Assembly: GCA_019358915.1 (NCBI GenBank)
Contig: JAHHIM010000003.1
Location: 64,001 to 128,000, forward strand
Length of the DNA: 64,000 bases
From: Trichormus sp. ATA11-4-KO1
GTDB taxonomy: Bacteria > Cyanobacteriota > Cyanobacteriia > Cyanobacteriales > Nostocaceae
Direction: 5' to 3'
How positions within the stretch are numbered: the stretch's first letter is position 1; the number at the start of each line of letters is the position of its first letter. The notes beneath the pieces are model-generated. The model was not told the origin of the DNA and searched no databases. It saw only the letters and a list, made by a program, of their open reading frames with translations. This document shows, one piece after another, positions 32,235 to 41,574 of the stretch. The translations under genes were made by a program, and so were the position numbers.

Positions 32235-33245
32235 ATGAAACTCAACCTAATTAACAGAAAAACAAAAACTGGCTTAACAGGTATTATATTTTCCACGCTG
32301 CTCGGACTAAGCAGTATCCCTTTAGTTTTAGGTAACTCCACAAATAAATTACTTGTAAATGATGAACAAACAGGCACTTTTAATACTCAGTCTGTGTGGG
32401 TTTATTCAGTCGCAATTAGTCCCGATGGTCAACAACTTGTTACGGGAAATTATGATAAAAGTATCAAGGTTTGGAATCTTAACACTGGTAAGTTGATTCA
32501 CACACTCCGGGGACATGGAAACTCTGTAGCATCCGTTGCAATTAGTCCCGATGGTCAAACTCTAGCTAGTGGTAGTTGGGATTTCCAGGTTAAATTATGG
32601 AATTTGAAAACAGGTGAACTAATCCGCACTTTATCTGGACATACCAATGATGTTAAAGCAGTCACGTTTAGCCCTGACGGTAAAACTGTTGCTAGTGCTG
32701 GCTGGGACAAAAAGGTGAATTTATGGAATGTAGAAACTGGTGAACTATTACAAACTTTTAGTCCATCACAACCAGTGAGAACAGTAGCTATTAGTCCCGA
32801 TGGACAGACTTTAGCTAGTGGCGATGAAGGTGGTCAAATCATGCTTTGGCAAATAACTACTGGTAGGTTAAGAACACCTTTAGCAGCTCATGACCAACCA
32901 ATTTGGTCTATAGCCTTCAGTCCCGATGGACAGACTCTAGCTAGTGGTGGTTCTGACCGCATGATTAAGTTGTGGAATTTAAAGGATGGGCAGTTACACT
33001 GTGTGATGAAAGGGCATAATAAAGCAATTTATTCTCTAGCTTTCAGTCCTAATGGAGAGACTTTAGCTAGTGGTAGTTATGACCAAACAATTAAGTTGTG
33101 GAATATACAGACAGGACAGTTAATTGATAATCTCAAGGGTCATAATAAGGCTATTTGGTCTGTAGCTTTTAGTCCTGATGGACAAACTCTAGCTAGTGGT
33201 AGTTCTGATGAAACTGCCAAGATTTGGCAAATTCCTGCTAATTGA
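32235..33245 (+). CDS. WD40-repeat protein with N-terminal signal/TM segment
   Basis: Seven GH...SVAxSPDG..LASGS.D..IK.W repeats. Confidence 0.93.
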   Translation: MKLNLINRKTKTGLTGIIFSTLLGLSSIPLVLGNSTNKLLVNDEQTGTFNTQSVWVYSVAISPDGQQLVTGNYDKSIKVWNLNTGKLIHTLRGHGNSVASVAISPDGQTLASGSWDFQVKLWNLKTGELIRTLSGHTNDVKAVTFSPDGKTVASAGWDKKVNLWNVETGELLQTFSPSQPVRTVAISPDGQTLASGDEGGQIMLWQITTGRLRTPLAAHDQPIWSIAFSPDGQTLASGGSDRMIKLWNLKDGQLHCVMKGHNKAIYSLAFSPNGETLASGSYDQTIKLWNIQTGQLIDNLKGHNKAIWSVAFSPDGQTLASGSSDETAKIWQIPAN

Positions 33246-33478
33246 GGCAAATTTTTGAGCTAAGTTGAATAAACCTCTTACACAAATCTTTAATAATCTG
33301 AATAGATAACTTACAACAGTTATTTTTTATCCGTCTTCTTTGCAACTTTGCAAACTTCTAAATAGTAGTATTCAGCAACATTACAGCATTTGTGCAAGCG
33401 GTTTAATCTCAAGCTCTCAATGGTTTTGCATCATTTAGGCGATCGCTCTTTGTCAGAGAGCGATCGCTATTTTGGTGG

Positions 33479-33766
33479 TTATTGCATTAAAATCTGACGG
33501 ATTAAAATACTCATCACCTCACCTGGGTTAGCGGTGGGAAGTAGAGGACTCCAGTCCCCAGTACTGGCGTAACCAATCACCTGCAAATAATGAATCGTAC
33601 TGGTGACGGCTTTGGGTGAACCAATCAGTAGATGTTTGATTGCTTCTCTTTTGGGTAAGAGGTTTTCAGGTGATTGATTTTTAGTGGCTGTCTCAAAATC
33701 TGCATCGCGCAAATCTGATGGGGTGAAATTTTGATACTCTACAAATTTTTGTACTTGTGCCATCAT
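33479..33766 (-). CDS. Small hypothetical protein
   Basis: 95 aa ORF with GGGAG SD, candidate promoter and flanking hairpins; KHLLIGSPKAV...GYA...DWSP motif. Confidence 0.75.
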   Translation of the reverse strand: MMAQVQKFVEYQNFTPSDLRDADFETATKNQSPENLLPKREAIKHLLIGSPKAVTSTIHYLQVIGYASTGDWSPLLPTANPGEVMSILIRQILMQ

Positions 33767-33852
33767 GGTAATTATCTCCCATTGTGGAGTTTTGGTGAAA
33801 GGCGATCGCAGTCTCTTGTCCGGAGGGCGATCGCCTTTCTTTGTACATTTTT

Positions 33853-33881
33853 ATTAAAGTATAATTTTATACTAGTGTCAA
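33853..33881 (-). promoter_or_regulatory. Candidate promoter with palindromic operator
   Basis: TTGACA (33881-33876) followed by palindrome AGTATAA-TT-TTATACT (33858-33873) and an AT-rich -10 region. Confidence 0.5.
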
Positions 33882-34195
33882 TACCCAAAGACAAAAAAAT
33901 TAAATTTGGTTTGAATCAGTTTCAAGTACCTCAAATTAGTAGTACAGCACAAGCGATCACCTGTGTTTTACCATACACCTCTTCTCTGCGCCTTTGCCTC
34001 TCTGCGTGAAGTTTAAATAATATTTTTTTTCAGCCTCTTGATATTCTGTAATAACTTTAATTTCCATTTCATAACTCAAAAATAAAATTATTAGGATTGA
34101 TGAGTGTGTGTGATAAGTTCTGGCATCAGTTGATTAATCTCCTGTCACAAGTGATAAGATAGGGAACAGGAAACTGATAACACAAAACAGGAAAA

Positions 34196-34390
34196 ATGAA
34201 AACTGATTTTCTTATTGATGAAAAGCTTTTAGATGAAGCTATTAAAGTGACCGGACTTCAGACTAAACAAGAAGTAATTGAACTTGGACTGAAAACGCTA
34301 ATTAAATTAAAGCAACAAGAAAAAATAAAAGCTTATCGAGGTAATCTTCAATGGGAAGGCAACCTTGATGAAATCAGAATCAATTCATGA
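34196..34390 (+). CDS. vapB: VapB-type antitoxin
   Basis: IDEKLLDEA...TG..TK.EVIE.GL..L; ATGA overlap with PIN toxin. Confidence 0.88.
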   Translation: MKTDFLIDEKLLDEAIKVTGLQTKQEVIELGLKTLIKLKQQEKIKAYRGNLQWEGNLDEIRINS

Positions 34391-34788
34391 TTATTGTAGA
34401 TTCAAGTGTATGGATAGACTATTTTAACGGTAGGGAAACCCCAGAGACAAATAAACTAGATACACTCTTAGGAGTAGAACCGCTTGGAATTGGTGATCTT
34501 ATATTAACTGAAGTGCTGCAAGGATTTCGTTCTGATGGCGATTATCAAACAGCAAAGGAACTGCTGAATTCCCTGACGATTTTTGAAATGTTAGGTATTA
34601 ATCTTGCTGTCAAGAGTGCTGATAATTATAGAAGTCTCCGAAAATGTGGCATTACTATCCGTAAAACGGCTGATGTGATTATCGCTACTTTTTGTCTTGA
34701 AAGCCAAAACTCACTTTTATTTAGCGACAAAGATTTCTTGCCATTTGTTCAACATCTTGGCTTACTTACCGTTTCCACAAAAATATAA
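34387..34788 (+). CDS. vapC: VapC PIN-domain toxin
   Basis: IVDSSVWIDYF, EVLQG, DVIIA, DKDF. Confidence 0.92.
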   Translation: MIIVDSSVWIDYFNGRETPETNKLDTLLGVEPLGIGDLILTEVLQGFRSDGDYQTAKELLNSLTIFEMLGINLAVKSADNYRSLRKCGITIRKTADVIIATFCLESQNSLLFSDKDFLPFVQHLGLLTVSTKI

Positions 34789-34829
34789 AAATTCTAATTA
34801 TTGATGAGTTAGGAAATGAGAATTTCGGA

Positions 34830-34896
34830 AGCGATCGCCATCGTTAACGCCAGCTAATTTCACCCTGCACTATGACCTTTGTCTGCGATCACACCT
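34830..34896. repeat. 67-nt imperfect direct repeat, copy A (copy B at 35622-35688)
   Basis: CAGCTAATTTCACC...CTATGACCTTTGTCTGCGATC shared by both copies, which flank the DUF29 gene. Confidence 0.85.
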
Positions 34897-35111
34897 TTGG
34901 ACAAAAGAAAGCCAACGCCTCAACTTTTTCTCATCCATTGCTTGTCTCGCCTACAACTCCAACTCTGGCAAATCCAGTGCGGGGCTTTGGTTTAACTGCA
35001 AATACTGAAGTATCGACAGACACACAAAAAATCCAATCTGCTGATGAGCGATCGCTCTTGAAAATCCCTATATAATGTAATCATCATCGTATCGAATTAG
35101 GAAAAGTTTGT

Positions 35112-35567
35112 ATGCTAACCTCTAATACAAATAAAGCATTATATGAACAAGATTTTTATTTATGGATACAAACCACTGTTAAATTATTAAAAGAGAGAAA
35201 TCTAGAGCAATTAGATATTGATAATTTGCTTGAAGAAATCGACAGCATGGGTCGGAGTGAAAAGAAAGAATTAAAAAATAGATTAATAGTGTTAATTGAA
35301 CATTTATTAAAACTGCAATTTTGGATTGTAGAGAAAGATGATAATGCTAGAGGTTGGCGTAAAACTGTTGTTGAGCAACGAAGACAAATATTGTATATTC
35401 TTGCCGATAGCCCTAGTTTGAAATCTATTCTCAATAATATATTTATAGACTGTTATACAGATGCAAGAAAAGATACAATTAGAAAATATCAACTCTCCTC
35501 TGAACTATTTCCTCAACAGCCACCCTTTTCTCTAGAACAGGTTCTCAACGAAGATTTCATACCCTAA
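35112..35567 (+). CDS. DUF29 family protein
   Basis: LYEQDFYLW, LD..NL.EEI.SMGRSEK, HLLK, SPSL, FP...PFS.EQ.L. Confidence 0.92.
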   Translation: MLTSNTNKALYEQDFYLWIQTTVKLLKERNLEQLDIDNLLEEIDSMGRSEKKELKNRLIVLIEHLLKLQFWIVEKDDNARGWRKTVVEQRRQILYILADSPSLKSILNNIFIDCYTDARKDTIRKYQLSSELFPQQPPFSLEQVLNEDFIP

Positions 35568-35959
35568 ATTTTAGTATTATTGATGTTTATCAAGCCGAGC
35601 GATCGCCTAGCGTTTGTTTTAAGCTATCGCCACCGTTAGCGTCAGCTAATTTCACCATACTCTATGACCTTTGTCTGCGATCGCACCTCATTTTATACTT
35701 TGAACAGGAGGGAGTGTAGAAGCTGGATTAATGAGGTTGGTAATTTGAATTTTACTGTTGTGAGTTGAGGCGATCGCTTGAGTTAGTTCTGAATTCATGG
35801 TAAGTTTTCATTAATTGATTATTGATGTGATCATTCTACATTTAAGTCGAGTGATCGCTATTATTATCTCTCAATTTGCACAGGCGATCGCTTGAGTCAG
35901 TTCTACTGTAGCGCAATGAGCTTTAATAATTGCCTGAACAATACCATCAATAATTTTTA

Positions 35960-36586
35960 TCATAAATTTTTTTGACGACAAGCTGCTAGATGGTTACGTA
36001 CAGTAATGGTATTGTGATGATGAACTCCAAACCTTTGTTCACAAATATCTAAAGCTTGTTGATAAAGGGTTTCGGCTTCTTCATACTTACCTTGAGAAAA
36101 GTATAAATATGCTAAATTATTCAAACTATTAGCAATATCTGGATGTTTCTTAGGGAGTAAATTTTGTCTCATCTTCAAAGCTTCTCTGTGATTAGTTTCT
36201 GCTTTTTCATAAAGTTTTTGTGATTGGTAAAGTACAGCAAGATTATTCAGACTATTGGCAACATCAGGATGTTCCTGACCGAGAAAGTGTTTTCTCATGT
36301 TCAAGGCTTTTATAAAAAGGCATTCAGCGTCTTGGTAGCGATTTTGTGAACTGTAGACTAATGCCAGATTGTTAAGGCTAGTAGCAACATCAAGATGTTT
36401 CTGACCTAGTAAGCGTTGTCTCATTTCCAAAGCTTCTTTATGACGAAGTTCAGCTTTGTCATATTGACCTTGGGAACGGTAGAGTTCCCCTAAGTTATTG
36501 AGACTTTGTGCTACAAGAATGTTTTCTTGTCCTAATAAATTTTGCCTGATTGCAAAAAGCTTCGATAATAATGAGACATCGCACAT
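35960..36586 (-). CDS. TPR-repeat protein (42-aa kinesin light chain-like repeats), probably truncated
   Basis: Four HPDVA.SLNNLA.LY.SQ..Y..AE repeats; no N-terminal domain. Confidence 0.8.
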   Translation of the reverse strand: MCDVSLLSKLFAIRQNLLGQENILVAQSLNNLGELYRSQGQYDKAELRHKEALEMRQRLLGQKHLDVATSLNNLALVYSSQNRYQDAECLFIKALNMRKHFLGQEHPDVANSLNNLAVLYQSQKLYEKAETNHREALKMRQNLLPKKHPDIANSLNNLAYLYFSQGKYEEAETLYQQALDICEQRFGVHHHNTITVRNHLAACRQKNL

Positions 36587-36676
36587 TCTTATGAAATCAT
36601 CATATCAGGGCGATCGCCTGACAATTTAACTTTCTCACAATGCTAAATTTCAAAGTTTATCGTAACCAAAAAATCT

Positions 36677-36787
36677 GGCGTTGCTGATTGAAAATATGAA
36701 TTTATCTCGCGCAAAGGCGCAAAGGCGCAAAGGTACAAAGAAAAATCAGGGTGATTTTAGCATTTCATATTCTGATTCAGCAACGCC
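36677..36787. mobile_element. 111-bp MITE with terminal inverted repeats and 8-bp target-site duplication
   Basis: GGCGTTGCTGA...TCAGCAACGCC; AAAAATCT at 36669-36676 and 36788-36795. Confidence 0.88.
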
Positions 36788-36850
36788 AAAAATCTTATAT
36801 ATCTCGCGCAGAGGCGCAGAGAGTAAGAAAACTCCTACTCCCTACTCCGA

Positions 36851-38227
36851 TTAAACGTTGACAGGTGTACTTGCTCTTGTTACCTGAACTGTGGGTATCA
36901 TTTGTAACCCTGATGGTGCGGCTAAAGTTAACCCACGACGCACAGGATACAAAGGACGCTTGTTAACCATGGATAATTGAAATTCTGACAAAATTGTCGC
37001 TAAAGCAATTTTCATTTCATACTGAGCAAATGCCAAGCCAATACAACGGCGATTTCCTCCGCCAAAGGGTATATATTCATAAGGGGAAAATTGCCTTTCT
37101 AAAAAGCGTTCTGGTTTAAATTGCTTGGGTTGTGGGTAAACTTCTTCTCGATGATGGGCTAAATAAATACTAGGAACTATGGCTGTTCCTACTGGCAATT
37201 TGTAACCCATAATTTCTATTGGTGATTTGGCAACTCGGATAAAACCATTCGCCACAATTGGGTATATTCTTAAGGTTTCTTGGCAAACTGCTGTCAAATA
37301 AGGTAATTTGGCAATGCTACTCGGTTCTGGGTTGACACCAAGGGTTTCTAGTTCTCGTTGTAACTTTTCTCGTACCTCTGGTAATTGATCAATCCAGTAA
37401 AAAGCCCATGTTAATGCAGAAGCGGTAGTTTCATGTCCTGCAACTAACATTGTCATTAATTCATCACGTAACTCCACGTCTGACATTGCCTGTCCGTCGT
37501 CATAACGAGCAGATATTAATAAACTGAGGATATCTTGGCGACTTTCCCCAGGTTCAGCCCGACGTTCAGCAATCAGAGTATAAATAAGTTGATCAATTTG
37601 TTGAATCAGGCGCAAAACCCGTCCCCAAGGACTCCACGCACCTAAATCTTTTTGCAGAAAACTAAAAAAGAAAGCGCTGGACATCAAGGAAGAACCCATG
37701 AAATCCAATACAGAAGTGAGTAATCGTCGCAGTTCTTGAAAAAGCGGCCCCTCATCTACACCAAACACTACCCGTAAAATCACCCGCAAGGTAATTTCTT
37801 GCATGGAGGCGCGGATATTAAAAGGTTGACCAATAGTCCATTCGTTACTTACCTGTTGGGTAATTTCTTGGATAGTTTCACCGTAGGCTCGCATTCTTTC
37901 GCCATGAAAAGGCGGCGTTAATAATTGACGTTGGCGCTGGTGGCGATCGCCATCTAGTAAAATTACAGAATTATCGCCTAGCAAAAACCCTAAAATTCCG
38001 GTTCCTCCACCAGATTGAAAGTAGCTAGCATTGGTAAAAATCTGCTCCAGTGCTTGGGGATGGCTGAAATATACAATATGCTTATCCCCTCGATTCCAAA
38101 TAGTGAAGGTGTCACCATAAACTTTGGCAAAATCTTCTACATATTTCACTGGCTGGGTGATAAACTTTATCATCCGTAGATAGCGTGGCAATCTTGGCCC
38201 ATCAGGCAAGTTATAAGTTACTGTCAT
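36851..38227 (-). CDS. Cytochrome P450 (CYP110-like)
   Basis: AGHETTA, ETLR, PERF, FGGGNRRCIG. Confidence 0.96.
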   Translation of the reverse strand: MTVTYNLPDGPRLPRYLRMIKFITQPVKYVEDFAKVYGDTFTIWNRGDKHIVYFSHPQALEQIFTNASYFQSGGGTGILGFLLGDNSVILLDGDRHQRQRQLLTPPFHGERMRAYGETIQEITQQVSNEWTIGQPFNIRASMQEITLRVILRVVFGVDEGPLFQELRRLLTSVLDFMGSSLMSSAFFFSFLQKDLGAWSPWGRVLRLIQQIDQLIYTLIAERRAEPGESRQDILSLLISARYDDGQAMSDVELRDELMTMLVAGHETTASALTWAFYWIDQLPEVREKLQRELETLGVNPEPSSIAKLPYLTAVCQETLRIYPIVANGFIRVAKSPIEIMGYKLPVGTAIVPSIYLAHHREEVYPQPKQFKPERFLERQFSPYEYIPFGGGNRRCIGLAFAQYEMKIALATILSEFQLSMVNKRPLYPVRRGLTLAAPSGLQMIPTVQVTRASTPVNV

Positions 38228-38467
38228 AGGAGTTTTTTAGAAGTGACGGCTTCTAATTTTTATTTTTACGGGTTTTCATGTTTTTGGGTGTCACATAAAG
38301 CGGTATATTCATTTAAGGCAGTTCCGATGAAACGAGTTTCACAGCCAAGTATGAAAGAGAGACTAGAAGCTAGAGACTGGAATTTTTACTCAGCACTCAG
38401 CACTCCCCTTCGACTTCGCTCAGGACAAGCGCACTCAGCACTTTCAAGTCAGGGTCGGAAGTAAGCA

Positions 38468-39100
38468 GTGCCAAAAATCATCGCTATCCTCAACGGTAAG
38501 GGAGGAGTCGGTAAAACGACTACCGCAGTCAATCTAGCTGCACAGTTTGGCAAAAAGAAAAAAGTTATTCTCGTTGATGCAGATATTCAAGGTTCTGCTA
38601 GCTGGTGGGTGGGAAGAAACCAGGATGGTATGGGGTTTGATCTCTCCCAAGAAAGCAATCCTCAACTTTTAGGTGATTTAAGAAAGATAACAGGTTACGA
38701 TTTAGTAGTGGTGGATACGCCTCCGGCGCTGCACTCTGAAGCATTAGCGACAGTAGTAGCGATCGCCGATTATCTAGTTTTGCCTACACCACCATCTGCT
38801 ATGGACTTAGCTGTTCTTGTTGAGACAGTCAAAAAGGCTGTTGTTCCTGCGGGAGTTCCCCATCGGGTGCTGCTCACTAAAGTCGATGCGCGGTGTGTGG
38901 GCGAAGCGCGAGAAGCACAAGATACTCTCCTGCGGCTAGGAATACCTGCTTGCAAAGCTTTTATCCGTACCTATAAAGCTCACGAACGAGCCGCATTGGA
39001 GGGTTTAGCGATTACTCAATGGCGAGGTAGGAATGCGCGGGAGGCGGAGTTAGACTACCGCCGCGTGGCTGATGAATTACAGCGAGATTGGAGGAAATAA
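38468..39100 (+). CDS. ParA-family ATPase
   Basis: KGGVGKTT deviant Walker A, DADIQGS, VVVDTPP. Confidence 0.92.
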   Translation: MPKIIAILNGKGGVGKTTTAVNLAAQFGKKKKVILVDADIQGSASWWVGRNQDGMGFDLSQESNPQLLGDLRKITGYDLVVVDTPPALHSEALATVVAIADYLVLPTPPSAMDLAVLVETVKKAVVPAGVPHRVLLTKVDARCVGEAREAQDTLLRLGIPACKAFIRTYKAHERAALEGLAITQWRGRNAREAELDYRRVADELQRDWRK

Positions 39101-39696
39101 TGGTTAAGAAACGTCTTTCTGATTTAATACAAGAAGAAGCACAAAAATTGACATCAACTGAAAGTGAGTCTGTAATTGAAGTTGCATCTGAAGAAATCAC
39201 TGAACCAAATGCTTCAGCAACTGAGGACTCGTCAACGGAAACACCAGAACCTACTTCTGCTAGGCGTACCAATCCCACTAAGGCTGATTTAGAAAACATG
39301 CTTAAAGAGTTAAAAGAAACTCTAGAACAAGCTCAAGACAAAGAAAAAAATTTGCAAAAGCAAATTGTGAATTTGCAATCAGCTTTGTCAGAAAAACAAG
39401 CGTCAGCAGAACGACTAACAAAAGAACTACAAGAAGCTAAAAAAGCAGCGCTACACCTGGCACAAGCTAATTCTCAACTTATAGAAGAAAATAATTCATT
39501 GAAACAAGAACAAGAAAATAAATCCGCGATCCAAGTAAAAGAAAAACAAGAACAAGAAAATAAATCCGCGATTCAAGTAAAAGAAAAATATAACCCAGTT
39601 GGCTATAGAAAATCACATCGAGTCCCTGAACATCTTTTGGAACGACAAACAGAAGATCATGATGATTTTAACGCTAATACTTGGTTATACGACTAG
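39100..39696 (+). CDS. Coiled-coil protein coupled to ParA
   Basis: TAATG stop/start overlap; heptad-rich; 42-nt duplication at 39502-39585. Confidence 0.8.
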   Translation: MVKKRLSDLIQEEAQKLTSTESESVIEVASEEITEPNASATEDSSTETPEPTSARRTNPTKADLENMLKELKETLEQAQDKEKNLQKQIVNLQSALSEKQASAERLTKELQEAKKAALHLAQANSQLIEENNSLKQEQENKSAIQVKEKQEQENKSAIQVKEKYNPVGYRKSHRVPEHLLERQTEDHDDFNANTWLYD

Positions 39697-39697
39697 A

Positions 39698-39757
39698 TAA
39701 TTCGTAATTCGTAATTCGTAATTCGTAATTCGTAATTCGTAATTCGTAATTCGTAAT
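39698..39757. repeat. STRR heptamer array (TAATTCG)x8
   Basis: Eight perfect units. Confidence 0.97.
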
Positions 39758-39802
39758 AGCAGCCCACGACACGCTACTTGACATAGACAAATAGTTTTGC
39801 GG

Positions 39803-39869
39803 GTTTGTAGTAAGCACTTTAGTGCTGATTAGTGCTGAAAATATTAAGGACTAAAGTCTTTGCTACGAA
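39803..39869. repeat. REP-like inverted doublet
   Basis: GTAG-TAAGCACTTTAGTGCT...AAGGACTAAAGTCTTTG-CTAC; related element at 41406-41567. Confidence 0.7.
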
Positions 39870-40762
39870 AAAAAACATTTACGAAATTCTAAAATATGTT
39901 GGGCGGTAATTTGTGGCTGCTCTAAATGTGGGACATGTCCAGAGTCTTGAATCCAAATGAGTTTACTGTTGGGAATTACCCTGTGAAACTTATTGGCATC
40001 TCCTGTACCCAAAATCTGATCGCTATCGCCCCATAAAATCAGTGTTGATGACACAATATCTGCCATCTGCTGCAAACTAAAAGCACTGTAACCACCACTT
40101 TTAGTAAAAGCAATCAAAGCTTGATGCCAATTAGACATTTCTAAGTGTAAAGCAGCACATACTTGAGCATCCAGTGACGCTAGTAACTTGTTTTTGTAAG
40201 CAGTGCGGGAAATGCGATCGCGTACTTTGGGATTACGCAAAAAATTAGCTGCTAAATAATCCAAAGGGGGAAACATCAATTTGCTGATTGGTGAACCTCC
40301 TTGCAAACCAGCACTGTCAATTAATACTAGTTTTTGCACCACTTCTGGATAAGTGAGGGTGAAATCAATTGCTGCTGCACCCCCCATGGAAGCACCCACC
40401 AAAATCACAGGTTGGTTAATTAAAGTTTTCCAGAAATAATACAGATGAGTTTTAATGGCCAGTGGGCTAAATTGTATACCTGCAATTCTGTCTGTAAACC
40501 CAAAACCTAACAAATCCACGACCCAGGTTTCATTATCCTCTGCCAGCAGTGGCAACAAACGACGGAACTCGAAAACAGAACCATCGAAGCCGTGAAGTAA
40601 TAAAATAGGCGTGCCACCACTACCTTGATGTACATAGGTTGTGGTAATTAGTTGATTAATTAAGGGAGTAGCGATCGCTTGACTTTGAATACTTTGAGCC
40701 AAGGCGATCGAGGTAGGTTCCGTTAGTTGCTCAACTGCGGCTGGTAAAAAATTAGGAAACAT
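39863..40762 (-). CDS. Alpha/beta fold hydrolase
   Basis: LLHGF, GASMGG nucleophile elbow, GHVPHLE. Confidence 0.93.
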   Translation of the reverse strand: MFPNFLPAAVEQLTEPTSIALAQSIQSQAIATPLINQLITTTYVHQGSGGTPILLLHGFDGSVFEFRRLLPLLAEDNETWVVDLLGFGFTDRIAGIQFSPLAIKTHLYYFWKTLINQPVILVGASMGGAAAIDFTLTYPEVVQKLVLIDSAGLQGGSPISKLMFPPLDYLAANFLRNPKVRDRISRTAYKNKLLASLDAQVCAALHLEMSNWHQALIAFTKSGGYSAFSLQQMADIVSSTLILWGDSDQILGTGDANKFHRVIPNSKLIWIQDSGHVPHLEQPQITAQHILEFRKCFFS

Positions 40763-40889
40763 AAGTTTTAGTTTACGTTGTCATCTTTAGCGAATCAAAA
40801 ATTTTGGGTTCTGCTTGCCGCCTAAAAAATTTATACTAAAAAACCTGCCAATCTTTAAAAAAAGACTAGCAGGTAGGGTCTTTTGTCAA

Positions 40890-40963
40890 TCGGAGCGGCG
40901 GGATTCGAACCCACGACCTCCACTACCCCAAAGTGGCGCGCTACCAAGCTGCGCTACGCCCCG
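40890..40963 (-). tRNA. trnP: tRNA-Pro(GGG)
   Basis: CGGGGCGTAGCGCAGCTTGGTAGCGCGCCACTTTGGGGTAGTGG...GGTTCGAATCC...CTCCGA; anticodon GGG. Confidence 0.97.
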
Positions 40964-41013
40964 GTCAGAATTTCCATTATACTGCAAATTTATCGGGTAA
41001 TCAAGAGTTAAAT

Positions 41014-41379
41014 TTAAAAAACTTTGAGCATCCCCGCCCCATGTAGCAAACCCTCGACAGCAGAAGCATTCCATTTACCTTCCGCACAGCGTCCTGTATT
41101 TAGAATCAAGCGCAGATTGTAGGCGTGAGGATAGCCTTCCACCTCCATCCATAATAAATCGCTTTCGGCTTCACAAGCAATCTTCTCCTCATCCATTAAT
41201 TCAGTTGCGAGTTGCTTCATAGTGTCTGCTAGCTGTGTTAGTAGTCGGCAAAAATCATTCAATTCGGCTTCGGTTAACTCGATTGCCCAATCATCTGTAC
41301 CTACTAACCCTTTAAATTCGAGTGCATGAGGATTCCAGCCAATACGCCAACCCAAGCCACTTTTCAACAAACGTTCCAT
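41014..41379 (-). CDS. DUF1818 family protein
   Basis: G.GWRIGW.P....F..LVG..DWA.ELTE.E pattern. Confidence 0.82.
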   Translation of the reverse strand: MERLLKSGLGWRIGWNPHALEFKGLVGTDDWAIELTEAELNDFCRLLTQLADTMKQLATELMDEEKIACEAESDLLWMEVEGYPHAYNLRLILNTGRCAEGKWNASAVEGLLHGAGMLKVF

Positions 41380-41405
41380 ATAAGAATTTTTGAGGATAAT
41401 TAAAG

Positions 41406-41567
41406 GTTTGTAGTAAGTTAGCGCGGTCTTGGGGGTTTCCCCCATGAGCGACTAATGTAAAGCCCTGACGGGCATAGCTGCGCTTACCGCGCAGCGTGCC
41501 GGAGGCATTACCCGTAGGGTAAGGACTTTAGTCCTCAAAAAAAGGGCTAGAGCCGCTTACTACGAAC
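41406..41567. repeat. REP-like doublet interrupted by nested small dispersed repeats
   Basis: GTAGTAAG|insert|GACTTTAGTCCT with GTAAG duplicated at 41413-41417 and 41519-41523. Confidence 0.7.
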
Positions 41568-41574
41568 TCAATTT

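Noticed and set aside
35768..35904. Two 23-nt repeats as a mini-CRISPR
   Set aside because: Only two copies, 91 nt apart, HIP1-based, no cas context
40815..41074. ORFs 40815..41000 and 40886..41074
   Set aside because: They are translations of tRNA-Pro and its flanks
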